Source of the DNA: Octopus vulgaris
Lineage: Eukaryota
DNA length: 64,000 bases
Assembly: GCA_951406725.2 (NCBI GenBank)
Contig: OX597814.1
Span: forward strand, 178,622,001 to 178,686,000
Reading direction: 5' to 3'
In this document: in pieces, positions 41,162-51,936 of the stretch
How the letters are laid out: every line of letters starts with the position of its first letter
Numbering within the stretch: position 1 is the stretch's first letter
The notes under the pieces: model-generated
What the model was told of the DNA's origin: nothing
Database searches by the model: none
The model's input: only the letters and a program-made list of their open reading frames with translations
Program-made: the position numbers and the translations under genes

Positions 41162-44100
41162 AATTTATCATATTTTTTTCTTGAAACTCCGATTACATTT
41201 CTGTCAGAATTGTCCTTATTACCCAGTTTCTACGACGCTTAGAAATCCGTGTTTATTTTTTCCGTATGCACTACAAACCGCTGTCTTTATTGTTACCTTT
41301 ATGTAATCATGTTCTGGTGCTTTTTGTATTTTATAGTCGATATTTATTACCATCGATTACTTATTGCCACTTACTAATATTTTATTACAGTGTTTTTCAT
41401 TGCCTTTTCGTGTTGATACAGTCATTACTTTTGTCATAGTTTATGGTATTTTAGTTAAAATGTTGTAGTAATTAGTACTTAGGAAACTATATCAATAACA
41501 ATTTTTGAGAATGAAGTAGTAATGAAAGGAAAAACAGAAAATAAGTATTGGCTTCCGGTCAGTTACAAACAATATTGTAATTAAATGTAAAACGTTTTTA
41601 CAAAACTATCTTTTTAGTATTCATATGGCCAAAGAAATATCACACTTAAGCTATTCACAACTATATTTATCACGTATTATGTCTTGTTATTTTCCAACTA
41701 TATATTTATGATTTTTAAATATTGACAATTTGCCTTCTTTTTAAGAGGAATATTCTCTTATGTCGCATGGAGCGCATGAATTAATAGTGAAATAGTGAAG
41801 TGAATGTCAGAAAAAGAAAACAAAAGAGGCTAGTTTTAAATCATTTAGATATGTTTGCTCGATTCACGATTCAATGTATCGTAAGGCTGGATGATGGCTA
41901 GGTTTTTCAAAAGACTGAGCTTCTAGGCCTCCATATGATACAGCTGATGCTTGTTCTTCTAGTATGCAGAAGACGAAATAGTGGAAATAATATAAAGTAA
42001 TGCAGATGAGCATGTTGACGGGGACTTTGACCATTGTATTATTATAAATTAAATGAGAGACGTTAAGGAGAAATATTTACATATTTTATATGTTCTTTCC
42101 ATCTGAGTAATACATGTTCTACACCATTTGGAAGTAGTCAAGAGATAATGCTTCTTTCCAGAACAAAGATAGATTGCCCGTTTTAAGACAGTACATATTT
42201 AAGTATAGAAAAATTGAAGCCGAAAATTTCTTTAGATTGGTTAGTAAGATTCATACAGAACACTGATCAAATCTGATCAATGTTGCAGACTCTCAATTAT
42301 GCGTGTCTAAAAGGAATTTGATCTATAGCTATTCGATAAGTATAACAAATATACCAGGTTAAAATGAACGCTGAAGATGGTCTCATTTATTATTCATATT
42401 GAAGGTAGCCCATTAATACGACTGAAACTAATAAATCAATGGAAGACTGAAACAAAATGCTTATTATACGAGTTAGAGTGCTGACAATAATTATACCGTG
42501 CATGTTATCTACATAGCAGCAGGTAGAAGAGACATCTATAAAAAATGACTTTATAGAAAAAAATATTAAAATAAAAGGTAAATTTATGTAGTCAGATAGT
42601 TCAGAGTAACAGTTACAATAAACAATGTTCTGGAGATAAATTTAGTTGAGACAACAATAATGCTGATTAAATGTAAGCATCACCCATACGGTAACCGAAT
42701 GGAGAATTGCATTATACTTTTGTAAAGCTTCAACTTGTCTTCATTAATTACGGGGATGCCAAAAACAATTCTCGATGCATTTCCGATCTGTTGTCAGATT
42801 AGAGGATATTTAATAAAGCGTCTATGCACTACACAACAAAGTATTAATTGGAAGTTGTTCCAACGGTAAAATCTGGGTTTGAAGTGTGTGGTTCACATGT
42901 TACTCAACCCATAGCTGGGATGCTACGAAATACTACTACTCCTGGTCAGAGCCAACCTGGGAACAATAGTGACTAAGAAGTGGTTCTGCACTCCTCAAAA
43001 CTGGAACTCACGTATAAACGCCCCACTACCGGATGCAGTTTAAATTCTTAGCCAGGACTCCTGATAATCAGCGTAGACTTACTCAGCGACTCTTTTGCGG
43101 CGATCGTAGTCTAATACTATATGAGCTTCTACGAATCACACAATCCTGAAGTGTTTATGCATGTGACCGGGAACCACGTTTGAGCTTGTATTCCCACTAG
43201 AAAAACTTCGAATATGAACTCTTCTCCTCAACAACGAAAGACGACTACGGCTACGGCACCCGACCTGCTTGCTCTCCCAGTGAGGCATTTGTCAAATTTC
43301 CAAACTGGATATTTGGCCGCAGACGGAAGCCATACTTTGCCTTTTGCTTGCTGGAACTTTTGAGCCGACCGTCGAAAGCGATTAGCTAGCACAACTCACC
43401 ACAGGTAAATGCCTCCACAAGAGCAAGTAAGTACTATAGTTAGATAAAGTACATAGAACATGTCTACAAAGACTTACTCAAAAATGAACAAAGTAGCAAT
43501 ATATTATAACTCACCATTTGGTTTATAAGTAACTACAACCATTAAAATGAGGTTCTTAACCTTCATATCTTCACACTTTCACATTTATCACAGATATCCT
43601 AACGTTTTAAATTGCAATTTTGCCAATATCGGCTGATCAAATAATGGAGAATCAAAATTTAAAAGATAACAAACTCTCTAGAAATGCTATAATTCTAACA
43701 TGACTGTAAGTAATAATATAAGTGTTTTCTTAAGAGTATTTGTTGATTCAGGAGATTGGTATTCAAAATCTATGAAAAAGATATTGATAGCAAGACAAAA
43801 TAGATACCGGGATTAGTAAATATATGATAAAAACTTGATGCACCTATTACAGAATAACTTTATAGCAATGTCAGAACTGGCAACGACTTCGTCAAAACCA
43901 CGAACTTGCGTTGTCCCACCGAAAAACTAAAGATATATATCCTGTCGACAAATGTATCAATCAAGGGAAATGAATGATTTCTTTTCTATTTGTTTGCATT
44001 GGAGAAAATATAATTTGAAGCATATTGGTCTTCTCGATATAGTCTATTTAACAATTAGTTTAACATCTGTATCCCGTTCAACTGCAAAACATGACATCTT

Positions 44101-45238
44101 AAATAAGACATGCAAAACAAGATCGTCGGTTGGTGACTTCTCTACACATCATTGGATGAAATCCTTCATGATCTAATATTTATGTACGTATGTTGAAGAG
44201 GAACTTTATTTTTCATTGAAATATACTAAAATTCAAGGACCAAACCCGACTATTCAACGTGTAGTCGGATATGCTCTTTACTTTCAAATACCTTCAACAA
44301 AGTTTTATACAATAATTATTACTTCAAAGTGTTGAGCCCAAATTGATTTTAATACGTGTGAAGAACACCTGATGTACTTTAGTATTCCATGAAACAAATC
44401 ATCGAGATGAAGCGAAACCTCAACCTTTCCGCGGTGGATTTGGCAATGAACTACAGTAATAAAAGGAAATACTTAATCTTTAAACATTTTATACGTTTTA
44501 GAGGGGTTAGATTAAGTTACCATAAAAAAAACAACATAAAGCTGAACGGAACACAGTTGGACCGCTTAACTACTCCATTATTTTCAATAAACATTGATAC
44601 TTCAGTTATTCAGATGTCATAGTATGATAACACAGGGCGTTGATAATACCAGAACGGCGTAACAAAGGATGCCAGTAAGAATGGATACCTATGCTAACAT
44701 CTACCGCTGCAACCATGACAAACTCAGAAATTCAATTTCCATTGCGTAAATACTACGTTAAACTACTCCTCTGGAACAAATCAACCCGTCTAAACATCCA
44801 ACCATGATTAACCCTATTGCATGTAATCCTTACTGATTTATTATCGCTAATCCTGTAAGATTTACAGTCTATTCTATCGTTCGATTAATTTATATCCCTC
44901 AATTATTCTAATTACTAGCGAAATAATTACTTCCATTTTATGTTATCTTCCTCTTGATAGTAACCCCCAATCGAATTTACAATTACAGTTACAATTAGCC
45001 ACTTGCTGATAATCTCCATTGTCTCATTTGGTTCCTGCACAATCTTTGTTTAGTTTCCGTGTTCCTTTGCGAAAAATCTATCAGTGATCAGTCTCAATGA
45101 ATGGCATATCTTCTTGATATTCCCCCTAATGCAATTGGCTTTTCATCAAAATTTCTGTGCTCGCAGAAGTGTAGAACGTGGATATTACGAACAACAACAG
45201 AAGTGTATCAACTAAATAGATCATATATATATATAAAC

Positions 45239-45311
<73 letters not shown>

Positions 45312-45528
45312 AAATACTAAATTTCTAAATCTCTCGTAGAGACATGTACGGTAGTGGGGCTATAGAATGGTTGTATACTGTCAATTTAACACGAACGTGA
45401 CAGTAGGGGGGTACCCCACCGCTGTATAGCCCTAGGAAGCATCGACGCCTCCTGATGGCTTTGACACATTTTTCCCTGTGTCCTTATATACATTTACGAA
45501 GGGGAGACAAACACCCCCGGAGCTGCAT

Positions 45529-45571
45529 CTAGGGACACGTGTTTCAGGATCATTGTCCTTTATCGGCCTAG
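45529..45571 (-). ncRNA. Minimal type I hammerhead motif (core CCGAUAA, two deviations from CUGAUGA)
   Basis: CTAGG-CCGATAA-AGGA-CAATGA-TCCT-GAAA-CACGTG-TC-CCTAG. Perfect stems I and II, palindromic stem III, GUC triplet. Confidence 0.8.
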
Positions 45572-45848
45572 AGTAGCATACACCGGTCAGCTGGCGATAT
45601 TATATCTTTATTATGGGCACGATGGCCCGAATGCAGAGGGGACATTACAAGACGGGACATGGGGTACATAAAGTAAAAATAAATTATGAAATAAAGCTGA
45701 ATTATGTGTAATGATTTAGATGGAACGGCTTACGAGCCCCCCAACTCGCAGTTCCGTTTAAAATACAACTTTACATTTTACAATTACATATATTCCAGTT
45801 CAAAATACAATTTTACATTTTACAATTTTACAATTTACAATGTTACAA

Positions 45849-47210
45849 TTACATAAATTCCAGTTCTGTTGGACGTTCGTCCGTAACGTACTTTGTTAAT
45901 TCCATCTGGTCTATCACATTTGGCAAATTGTCATAACATACATAATACGTTAAATAAACCTCATCAAACATACTTTTCAATTTAGTAAATGTTCCTTTAT
46001 CTACAACTACCCCTTTCACAACGTCATCATGCAGTTTTGGGTGTAATTTAACCCTAATCAATCCTTTCCTACCTGCAAGTCTTTTTTCCACTTCTGTGTC
46101 TTTGACGTACAACACGAATACTTTCAGGTATTTTCCTACAGGTCTTTTTCCCTTTTTACAAGCATCCAACTGTTTTCTCACTTTTTTTCTCCATTCTAGG
46201 TTTACCTCTGTCTTTGTCTGTTCCTCCTTTTCTTTGCACGTTCTCTCTTCTTTTTCTTCTGTTATCTTGCTTTTGATTTTTTTCTTTTTTAGAACTTTCG
46301 GTGGTGATTCCACACTTGTTCTCTTCCTATCTTCTGTTCTTTCACCCTCTGCACTTGCACGTTCTTCTTCCATATCCTCAATTAGCTGCTCCTCCGTTTG
46401 CGCCTCCACTACTTTCTTTTCCTCCTCCAATTCTCCCTCCTCCACACACGTATCTTTCCACTCCTTCGTTACAGCCTCCGGTGCTATCGTTTTCTCCAGC
46501 GGGCACACATCCTTCATGTGGCCTCTTAATTTGCAATTATAACAGACTGGAGGTCTTCCCTCTAACACGACTCTAAGCCGTGTCTCATTAGGGAAGACCA
46601 ACTCCTCCGGGATGTTGTATAGGTCTGGCACGGTTATATGTGCCAGAACCTGTACCGCATATCCCCACCACTTAACTTCTGTTGACTTTTCCACCTTCAC
46701 CACCTCCACACTTTCCTTGCAGTTGAAAACTACTGCCGCTAATATCCTCTCCATGTTAAGTTCGGGCGAAATCCTACTAATTCTTATTCTGACTGCCCTC
46801 TTTCCGCAGTAACTAGGTAATAAAGTCCAACTTTCAGATTTCAGAATTTTTGTCGCATTCTTTCTTGCTTCATTTTCATTTTTAAAGTGTACCACCACTG
46901 TGGCATATTTCCTTCCTCTTTTGAAAAAGGTAGGTTCACCCTCAATTCCTTGCAGACATTTCTCTATTTCTTCCGTCTCTGCTACTTCTATTTTTCTTGA
47001 CGCCACACACCATGTCCTGTATGTTATCATACGTTTCTCCGCGTTGTTTTCTTCTTCTTCGGACGGTGTGACTCTCACGCAGTCACCCTCCCTCTTCAAA
47101 ATGTCGAAATATTTTTCTAAAGTCTTCTTCTCGACTACCACTTCTTCCATTTCTAGTTCACTCGCAACCAGGCCTCTGCCTGCTGCTCTCGCATACGTCT
47201 GGTCTTGCAT
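45849..47210 (-). CDS. Gag/ORF1-like nucleic-acid-binding protein with CCHC zinc knuckle (~453 aa from first ATG)
   Basis: N-terminal TYARAA motif, putative RRM-like region (YATVVVHF..E..A), RVVLEGRPPV-CYNCKLRGHMKDVC (CX2CX4HX4C), acidic/coiled region, basic PPKVLKKKKIK. The ORF track start at 47261 is a TTG. Confidence 0.85.
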   Translation of the reverse strand: MQDQTYARAAGRGLVASELEMEEVVVEKKTLEKYFDILKREGDCVRVTPSEEEENNAEKRMITYRTWCVASRKIEVAETEEIEKCLQGIEGEPTFFKRGRKYATVVVHFKNENEARKNATKILKSESWTLLPSYCGKRAVRIRISRISPELNMERILAAVVFNCKESVEVVKVEKSTEVKWWGYAVQVLAHITVPDLYNIPEELVFPNETRLRVVLEGRPPVCYNCKLRGHMKDVCPLEKTIAPEAVTKEWKDTCVEEGELEEEKKVVEAQTEEQLIEDMEEERASAEGERTEDRKRTSVESPPKVLKKKKIKSKITEEKEERTCKEKEEQTKTEVNLEWRKKVRKQLDACKKGKRPVGKYLKVFVLYVKDTEVEKRLAGRKGLIRVKLHPKLHDDVVKGVVVDKGTFTKLKSMFDEVYLTYYVCYDNLPNVIDQMELTKYVTDERPTELEFM

Positions 47211-47850
47211 TTTCAAAATCTCCAAATAAAATTCACCACGTCCTCCAGCAACGAACTCCAACTCACAACCTCTTCACAATGACGCACTCAAAACAAACAC
47301 ACCAGAATAACGACTCCAAAAAAAAATAGGTCGGCTGGTGATATTTGTCTCGACATCGTATTGTATATATCTATAATTCAGTGAAGTCTATTCACTGATT
47401 ATCAAAATAAGAAATACTAAATTTCTAAATCTCTCGTAGAGACTTGTACGGTGGTGGGGCGATAGAATGGTTGTATACTGTCAATCTAACACGAACGTGA
47501 CAGTAGGGGGGTAACTCACCGCTGTATAGCCGTAGGAAGCATCGACGCTTCCTGATGTCTCCCCTTCGTAAATATATATAAGGAAACAGGGAAAAATGTG
47601 TCAAAGCCATCAGGAGGCGTCGATGCTTCCTACGGCTATACAGCGGTGAGTTAGCCCCATACTGAAACGTTCGTGTTATATTGGCAGTATACAACCATTA
47701 TATATATATATATATATATATATTCATATATATATGTATGTATGTATGTGTGTATATGTAGAGAATGTTAGGTGAGGTGTACAGAAATTGAATATTGAGA
47801 AAAAAGTCGTCAGAATTTTGGTAAAAAATATTTTTATTTCTTCATTTTTA

Positions 47851-47890
47851 TTATTAGCGCTTTCGCTCGTTTCTCGAACTTGTCAAATAA
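47851..47890 (-). ncRNA. Minimal type I hammerhead, U3-A8 variant (copy 1)
   Basis: TTAT-TTGACAA-GTTCG-AGAAA-CGAGC-GAAA-GCGC-TA-ATAA. Confidence 0.75.
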
Positions 47891-48358
47891 AAATCTTGTG
47901 AATGTACAAACAGCTTCGTATTTATATAAAACAGATGATTTTGGGGGTGGGGTCTTAGAAGACGAGAGCATTGTTTTTGTTTTTGGGGGTGAGGTTCCAT
48001 GACAATGTAGATAGATAGAGCGAAATATAGGTAGGTAAAAAGGCTGACAGACAGATACATAGATAGGTAGAGAGAGATAGAGAGAAGGGGGAGCCCCCTT
48101 CCTATTCACCATTCATTTATTTATTTAGTCATTTGCCATTGTATTGGAAAGGGTTTAAAAATCAAAAAAAGAACAGGTATGGTGTGGTCATCACTGAAAG
48201 TCTTTTTGCTTTCTTTCTCTCTTACCCTCTCTTTTTCTTCCTTTTCTCTTTCTTTTTTCTCCTCATTCCTTCTTTGTCCCTCTTTCTTTTTCTCCTCTTT
48301 ATATATAGAATTGAAAGTCGTCAGAATTTTGGAAAAAAATCTTTTTATTTCTTCATAA

Positions 48359-48398
48359 TTATTAGCGCTTTCGCTCGTTTCTCGAACTTGTCAAATGA
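48359..48398 (-). ncRNA. Minimal type I hammerhead, U3-A8 variant (copy 2)
   Basis: TCAT-TTGACAA-GTTCG-AGAAA-CGAGC-GAAA-GCGC-TA-ATAA. Core and stems II/III are identical to copy 1. Confidence 0.7.
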
Positions 48399-48992
48399 AT
48401 TTTTGTGAATGTACAAATAGCTTCTTAATTATATAAAACATGTTTTTTGGTGGGGGAGGGTGTGCAGTTGTTTAGAAGAAGAGAACCTTGTTTTTGCTTT
48501 TTGGGGTGAGGTTCCATGACAATGTAAATAGATATATGGAAATATAGGTAGGTAAATAGGCTGATAGACGGATAGATAGGTAGAGAGAGAGAGATAGAGA
48601 GAAGGGGAGCCACACTTCCTATTCACCATTCAGTTATTTATTTAGTCATTTAACATTGTATTGGAATGGGTTTAAGGATAGTGACATCGTCAAAAGGTCA
48701 AAAAAAGAACAGGTGTGGTGTGGTTATCAGTGAAAGTCTTTTTGCTTTCTTTCTCTCTTACCCTCCTTTTTCCTTCCTTTTCTCTTTATTTCTTTTCTCC
48801 TCATTCCTTCTTCGTCCCTCTTTCTTTTTCTCCTCTTTATATATAGAATTGAAAATGTACTGTCACCCCTTTTCTTTCAAACATACAATTTTGGAGATAA
48901 TTTTTTGATGAAATGTAGTTCTGCATGAAAAAACATTAGTATAATATTCGCAAATTAAAAATTAAAATACATAAATTATATATATATATATA

Positions 48993-49692
48993 TAAACTTA
49001 CTTGGAGAAAAGAAACGAAACGACGCGAGGGTGCTCACTCATATAATAATTTAATAAATAAAATATATGCATACATACATACATATATGTACGTACCTAC
49101 ATCTATATGTATATATACATGCATATATATATATATATATATATTTATGAGTCCAGGGCACCACACATAAACATAGAACACAACGAGAAATAAAAACATA
49201 AAAACAAACTAGGAAACGGCCTTTTTTAACAACGAAAAAACAGAGTACAAGACAAACAATACAAGGAATATTCCTCTTCATCAGCTGTCCCTTGTTCGAC
49301 TCAATGCGTGTTTCGAAGGTAAGGACAGAACACGATCCGGCCGAAGTTGTCCTTCCTGCAAAATAATTAAATAAAATTCTTTTGCAGAGGAGTAAAACAA
49401 GGAAAGAAAAAAAAAGGAACAAGAACAGGACGTAAAAGCAATACAAATAAAAATACAGTACACATAAAGAATAAAAACAGGACAATGAAACCAACATTGA
49501 GGGCTTTTTTAAAGCCTAGACGATGGAAAAATTCGGAACGCAATTGAGAATCGACTTTCTAGAGACAGAAAAAGTTGGTGTTGACTTGTAGAAAGCTGCG
49601 AGCCAAAGAAAGTTAGTAGTCCACTAAAGTTTTATACGACTGAGCGCCCTCGCGTCGTTTCGTTTCTTTTCTCCAAGTAAGTTTTTATATAT
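48993..49692. mobile_element. TA-flanked element with ~60-bp terminal inverted arms (PLE-type) and a permuted hammerhead-like core
   Basis: AAACTTACTTGGAGAAAAGAAACGAAACGACGCGAGGG..CTCA / TGAGCGCCCTCGCGTCGTTTCGTTTCTTTTCTCCAAGTAAGTTT. The internal part is related to 56490-56810. Confidence 0.7.
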
Positions 49693-49699
49693 AATTATG

Positions 49700-51462
49700 A
49701 CGCGAACTCTCTAACCCTTTAATTGACCTTTCCTTTCTTCCTGTCTGTCTTCCTCTCTACCTATCTCTCTCCTTCTTATTTTTCACCCTTTCTGGTTTCC
49801 TTTCCTCTCTCTCTCTCTCTCTCTCTCACTCCTCCTCATCTCTCTCACTCCTCCTCATTTCTCTCACTCCTCCTCATTTCTCTCACTGGTGTTCATGTAA
49901 AGAGTTCAGGCCACTTGAGGTCAAGGGAGGCTTTGAACAAAGCGGTCGTAGGCATCTTCACCATCTCGTCTGGCAGCTTGTTTCACGGATTCGCAACCCG
50001 GACGGAGAAAGCTCCTCTCCTTCGATTGAGATGAAATCGTCGCAGGTAGAGCTTTTCGGAATGACCCAGCAGCCGACGCTCTGGAGCAGGAGTGAAGAAC
50101 AGCTCTTTCGAGAGGTTACACTTTCCGCTTATGATGTTGTGGGCGAGAATGAGATCACCACGGCGGCGGCGTTTTTCAAGAGAATAAAGGTCGAGCGTCC
50201 TCAGCCTTTTTTCGTAGGACAAATTTTTGAGACCATGAACCATGCGGGTAGCCAGCTTCTGGACTCTTTCGAGATGCTGTATGTCTTTGAGGAGATAAGG
50301 AGAAGAGGCTTGAATCCCATACTCCAATATAGGTCTCACCAGCGTGACATAGAGTGGTAGGAATATGGCTGCTGTGAGCATTCCGAATGACCGTCGAATC
50401 AAGAACAGAATTCCGCGTGCTTTGTTGGCAGCATGGACGCACTGGGCCGAAGGCGAAAAGGAGGAATCCACCAAGATACCTAGGTCCTTTACCTGATCGG
50501 TCCTCTCCAGCAGCAGACGACCCGGCTCGAAATCAAGTTGAGTTGCAGGAGTAGAGCCGACAGGCAGATGACAGCACTTTGACACGTTTAGACACAGGTC
50601 CCAATTGTTAGACCACTTCCAAATTTGGTGGAGGCATCGACGAAGATCCTCTATATTACCGCGAGGAGCGACCAGTTTGATATCGTTGGCAAATAGAAGG
50701 GTGTGTTGCGTGAGGTCGTCGGGCAAGTCATTTATGAAGACTAAAAACAATAACGGCTCAAGCACTGAACCTTGAGGTACGCCACTGCTCGCACTGGAGA
50801 CGTCGGGCAGCGAACCATTAACTTGGACTTGGAAGGAGCGATCTGAGATGAAAGCACCAACCCATCGTATAATATCCGGATGGAAACAATATGCTTGAAG
50901 CTTGACAAGTAATAGTCGGTGGTTAACCGTGTCAAAGGCTTTGGCAAAGTCCAATAAAACGATGTCAACAGCATCACCATCATCCAGGATACGCGTCATC
51001 AATTCTTCCATTACCAGTAAGTTGGTTAAGCATGATCTCTTCGGCACGAAGCCGTGTTGGGAATCATAGATAGAGGCTGTGTTTTGGAATTGGAACAACA
51101 TACTTTTCTTGAGTATGGTTTCGAACATCTTGCTGATTATTGAAGTAAGGGAAACCGGTCGGTAGTTAAGCGGGTCTTCGCGGCTCCCTTTCTTGAAAAT
51201 AGGGCAGATTATCACTGTTCTCCAGTCCGCAGGTACAACACCCGTCGCCAATGACATATTGAATAGAAGTGTTAAAGGTCCGCAGATGACCGGAGCCAAC
51301 GCTTTGATAACCTGTGGATGTATGTCGTCAGGGCCGTGACCCTTGTTAACATCGAGGCCTTGAATAACGCATTCGACTTCGTCCCGAGTGATGACCAATC
51401 TAGGCATTGGAGGTACCGATCTATCAAATGGAGGGGGTTCACGGCCATCATCTTGTTTGAAA
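49700..51462 (-). pseudogene. 5'-truncated CR1-clade LINE: RT domain and 3' UTR, inactivated
   Basis: KGHGPDDI, PIFKKG..NYRPVSLTS, QHGF..KRSC.TNL, LDFAKAFD, GVPQGSVLEP, FAND (for FADD). TGA replaces Trp at 49983, after which NKLPDEMV..FKASLD continues to ~49893. Confidence 0.92.
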
Positions 51463-51825
51463 ATTGTTGATTTTCCAGGTAATTTTCCAGTTGACCATTG
51501 CATGGATAATACTTTGTTGCTCGGTCGAAATCTACCCAGGGGACAGTAGATATATTGTCAATGTCTAAATAATTGGGGTTTTTTTAAAAGCCTTTATAGA
51601 AATTATTTACTCTTATCATTATATTACTATTTGGATTTTTCACTCCCTTTGACAACCTAACTGTAGTGCGCATGGCAAAATTTTGGAGGGAAGATTTATG
51701 AATTCAAACGTCTATGTAGGTTTAGCCTTTGCTCACTTTCTTCAAATATTTTGATGTCGCATGGTCAGAAGGTTTGAGGTACGTAGCATTTGATAAATCT
51801 ATGATAAATCTTTTTCAATGGAAAG

Positions 51826-51936
51826 CTGTGCTGAAGAAGGATGTGAAATATATTTGCAATATATATGAAATATATATCAAAAATATATGGAATATATATT
51901 CAATATGTTTATAATCCAGAAACATGATGTTCACAG
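51826..51936 (+). ncRNA. Type I hammerhead with long AT-rich stem II (copy 1)
   Basis: CTGTG-CTGAAGA-AGGAT...ATCCA-GAAA-CATGATG-TT-CACAG. Confidence 0.75.

Larger units (their letters stand above)
45308..47699 (-). mobile_element. Non-autonomous Penelope-type pseudo-LTR element carrying a gag/ORF1-like gene
   Basis: (TA)n both sides. Direct repeat 45308-45457 = 47408-47557 (~8 mismatches in 150). Inverted copy 47556-47699 of 45366-45509. Hammerhead motif. Single long ORF. Confidence 0.8.
47803..48855 (-). mobile_element. Tandem dimer (~510-540 bp units) with one hammerhead per unit, retrozyme/PLE pLTR-like
   Basis: Units start AAAGTCGTCAGAATTTTGG at 47803 and 48314 and end CTCCTCTTTATATATAGAATTGAAA. 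Confidence 0.8.

Noticed and set aside
41030-41172. GATAAATTTATC palindromes interspersed in (TA)n
   Set aside because: Best explained by slippage or fold-back within a self-complementary TA tract.
20100-45200. Possible host-gene exons (isolated splice-like sites, e.g. near 23070 and 25688)
   Set aside because: No coding-like ORF or recognisable domain. The window may be intronic or intergenic, but exons cannot be supported without transcript data.
46096-47229. Plus-strand ORFs opposite the gag-like gene
   Set aside because: Antisense shadows (S/F/L-rich complements of E/K codons).
51463-51503. N-terminus MQWSTGKLPGKSTI of the 506-aa ORF
   Set aside because: Probably flanking sequence read in frame across the LINE 5' truncation, since the endonuclease domain is absent.
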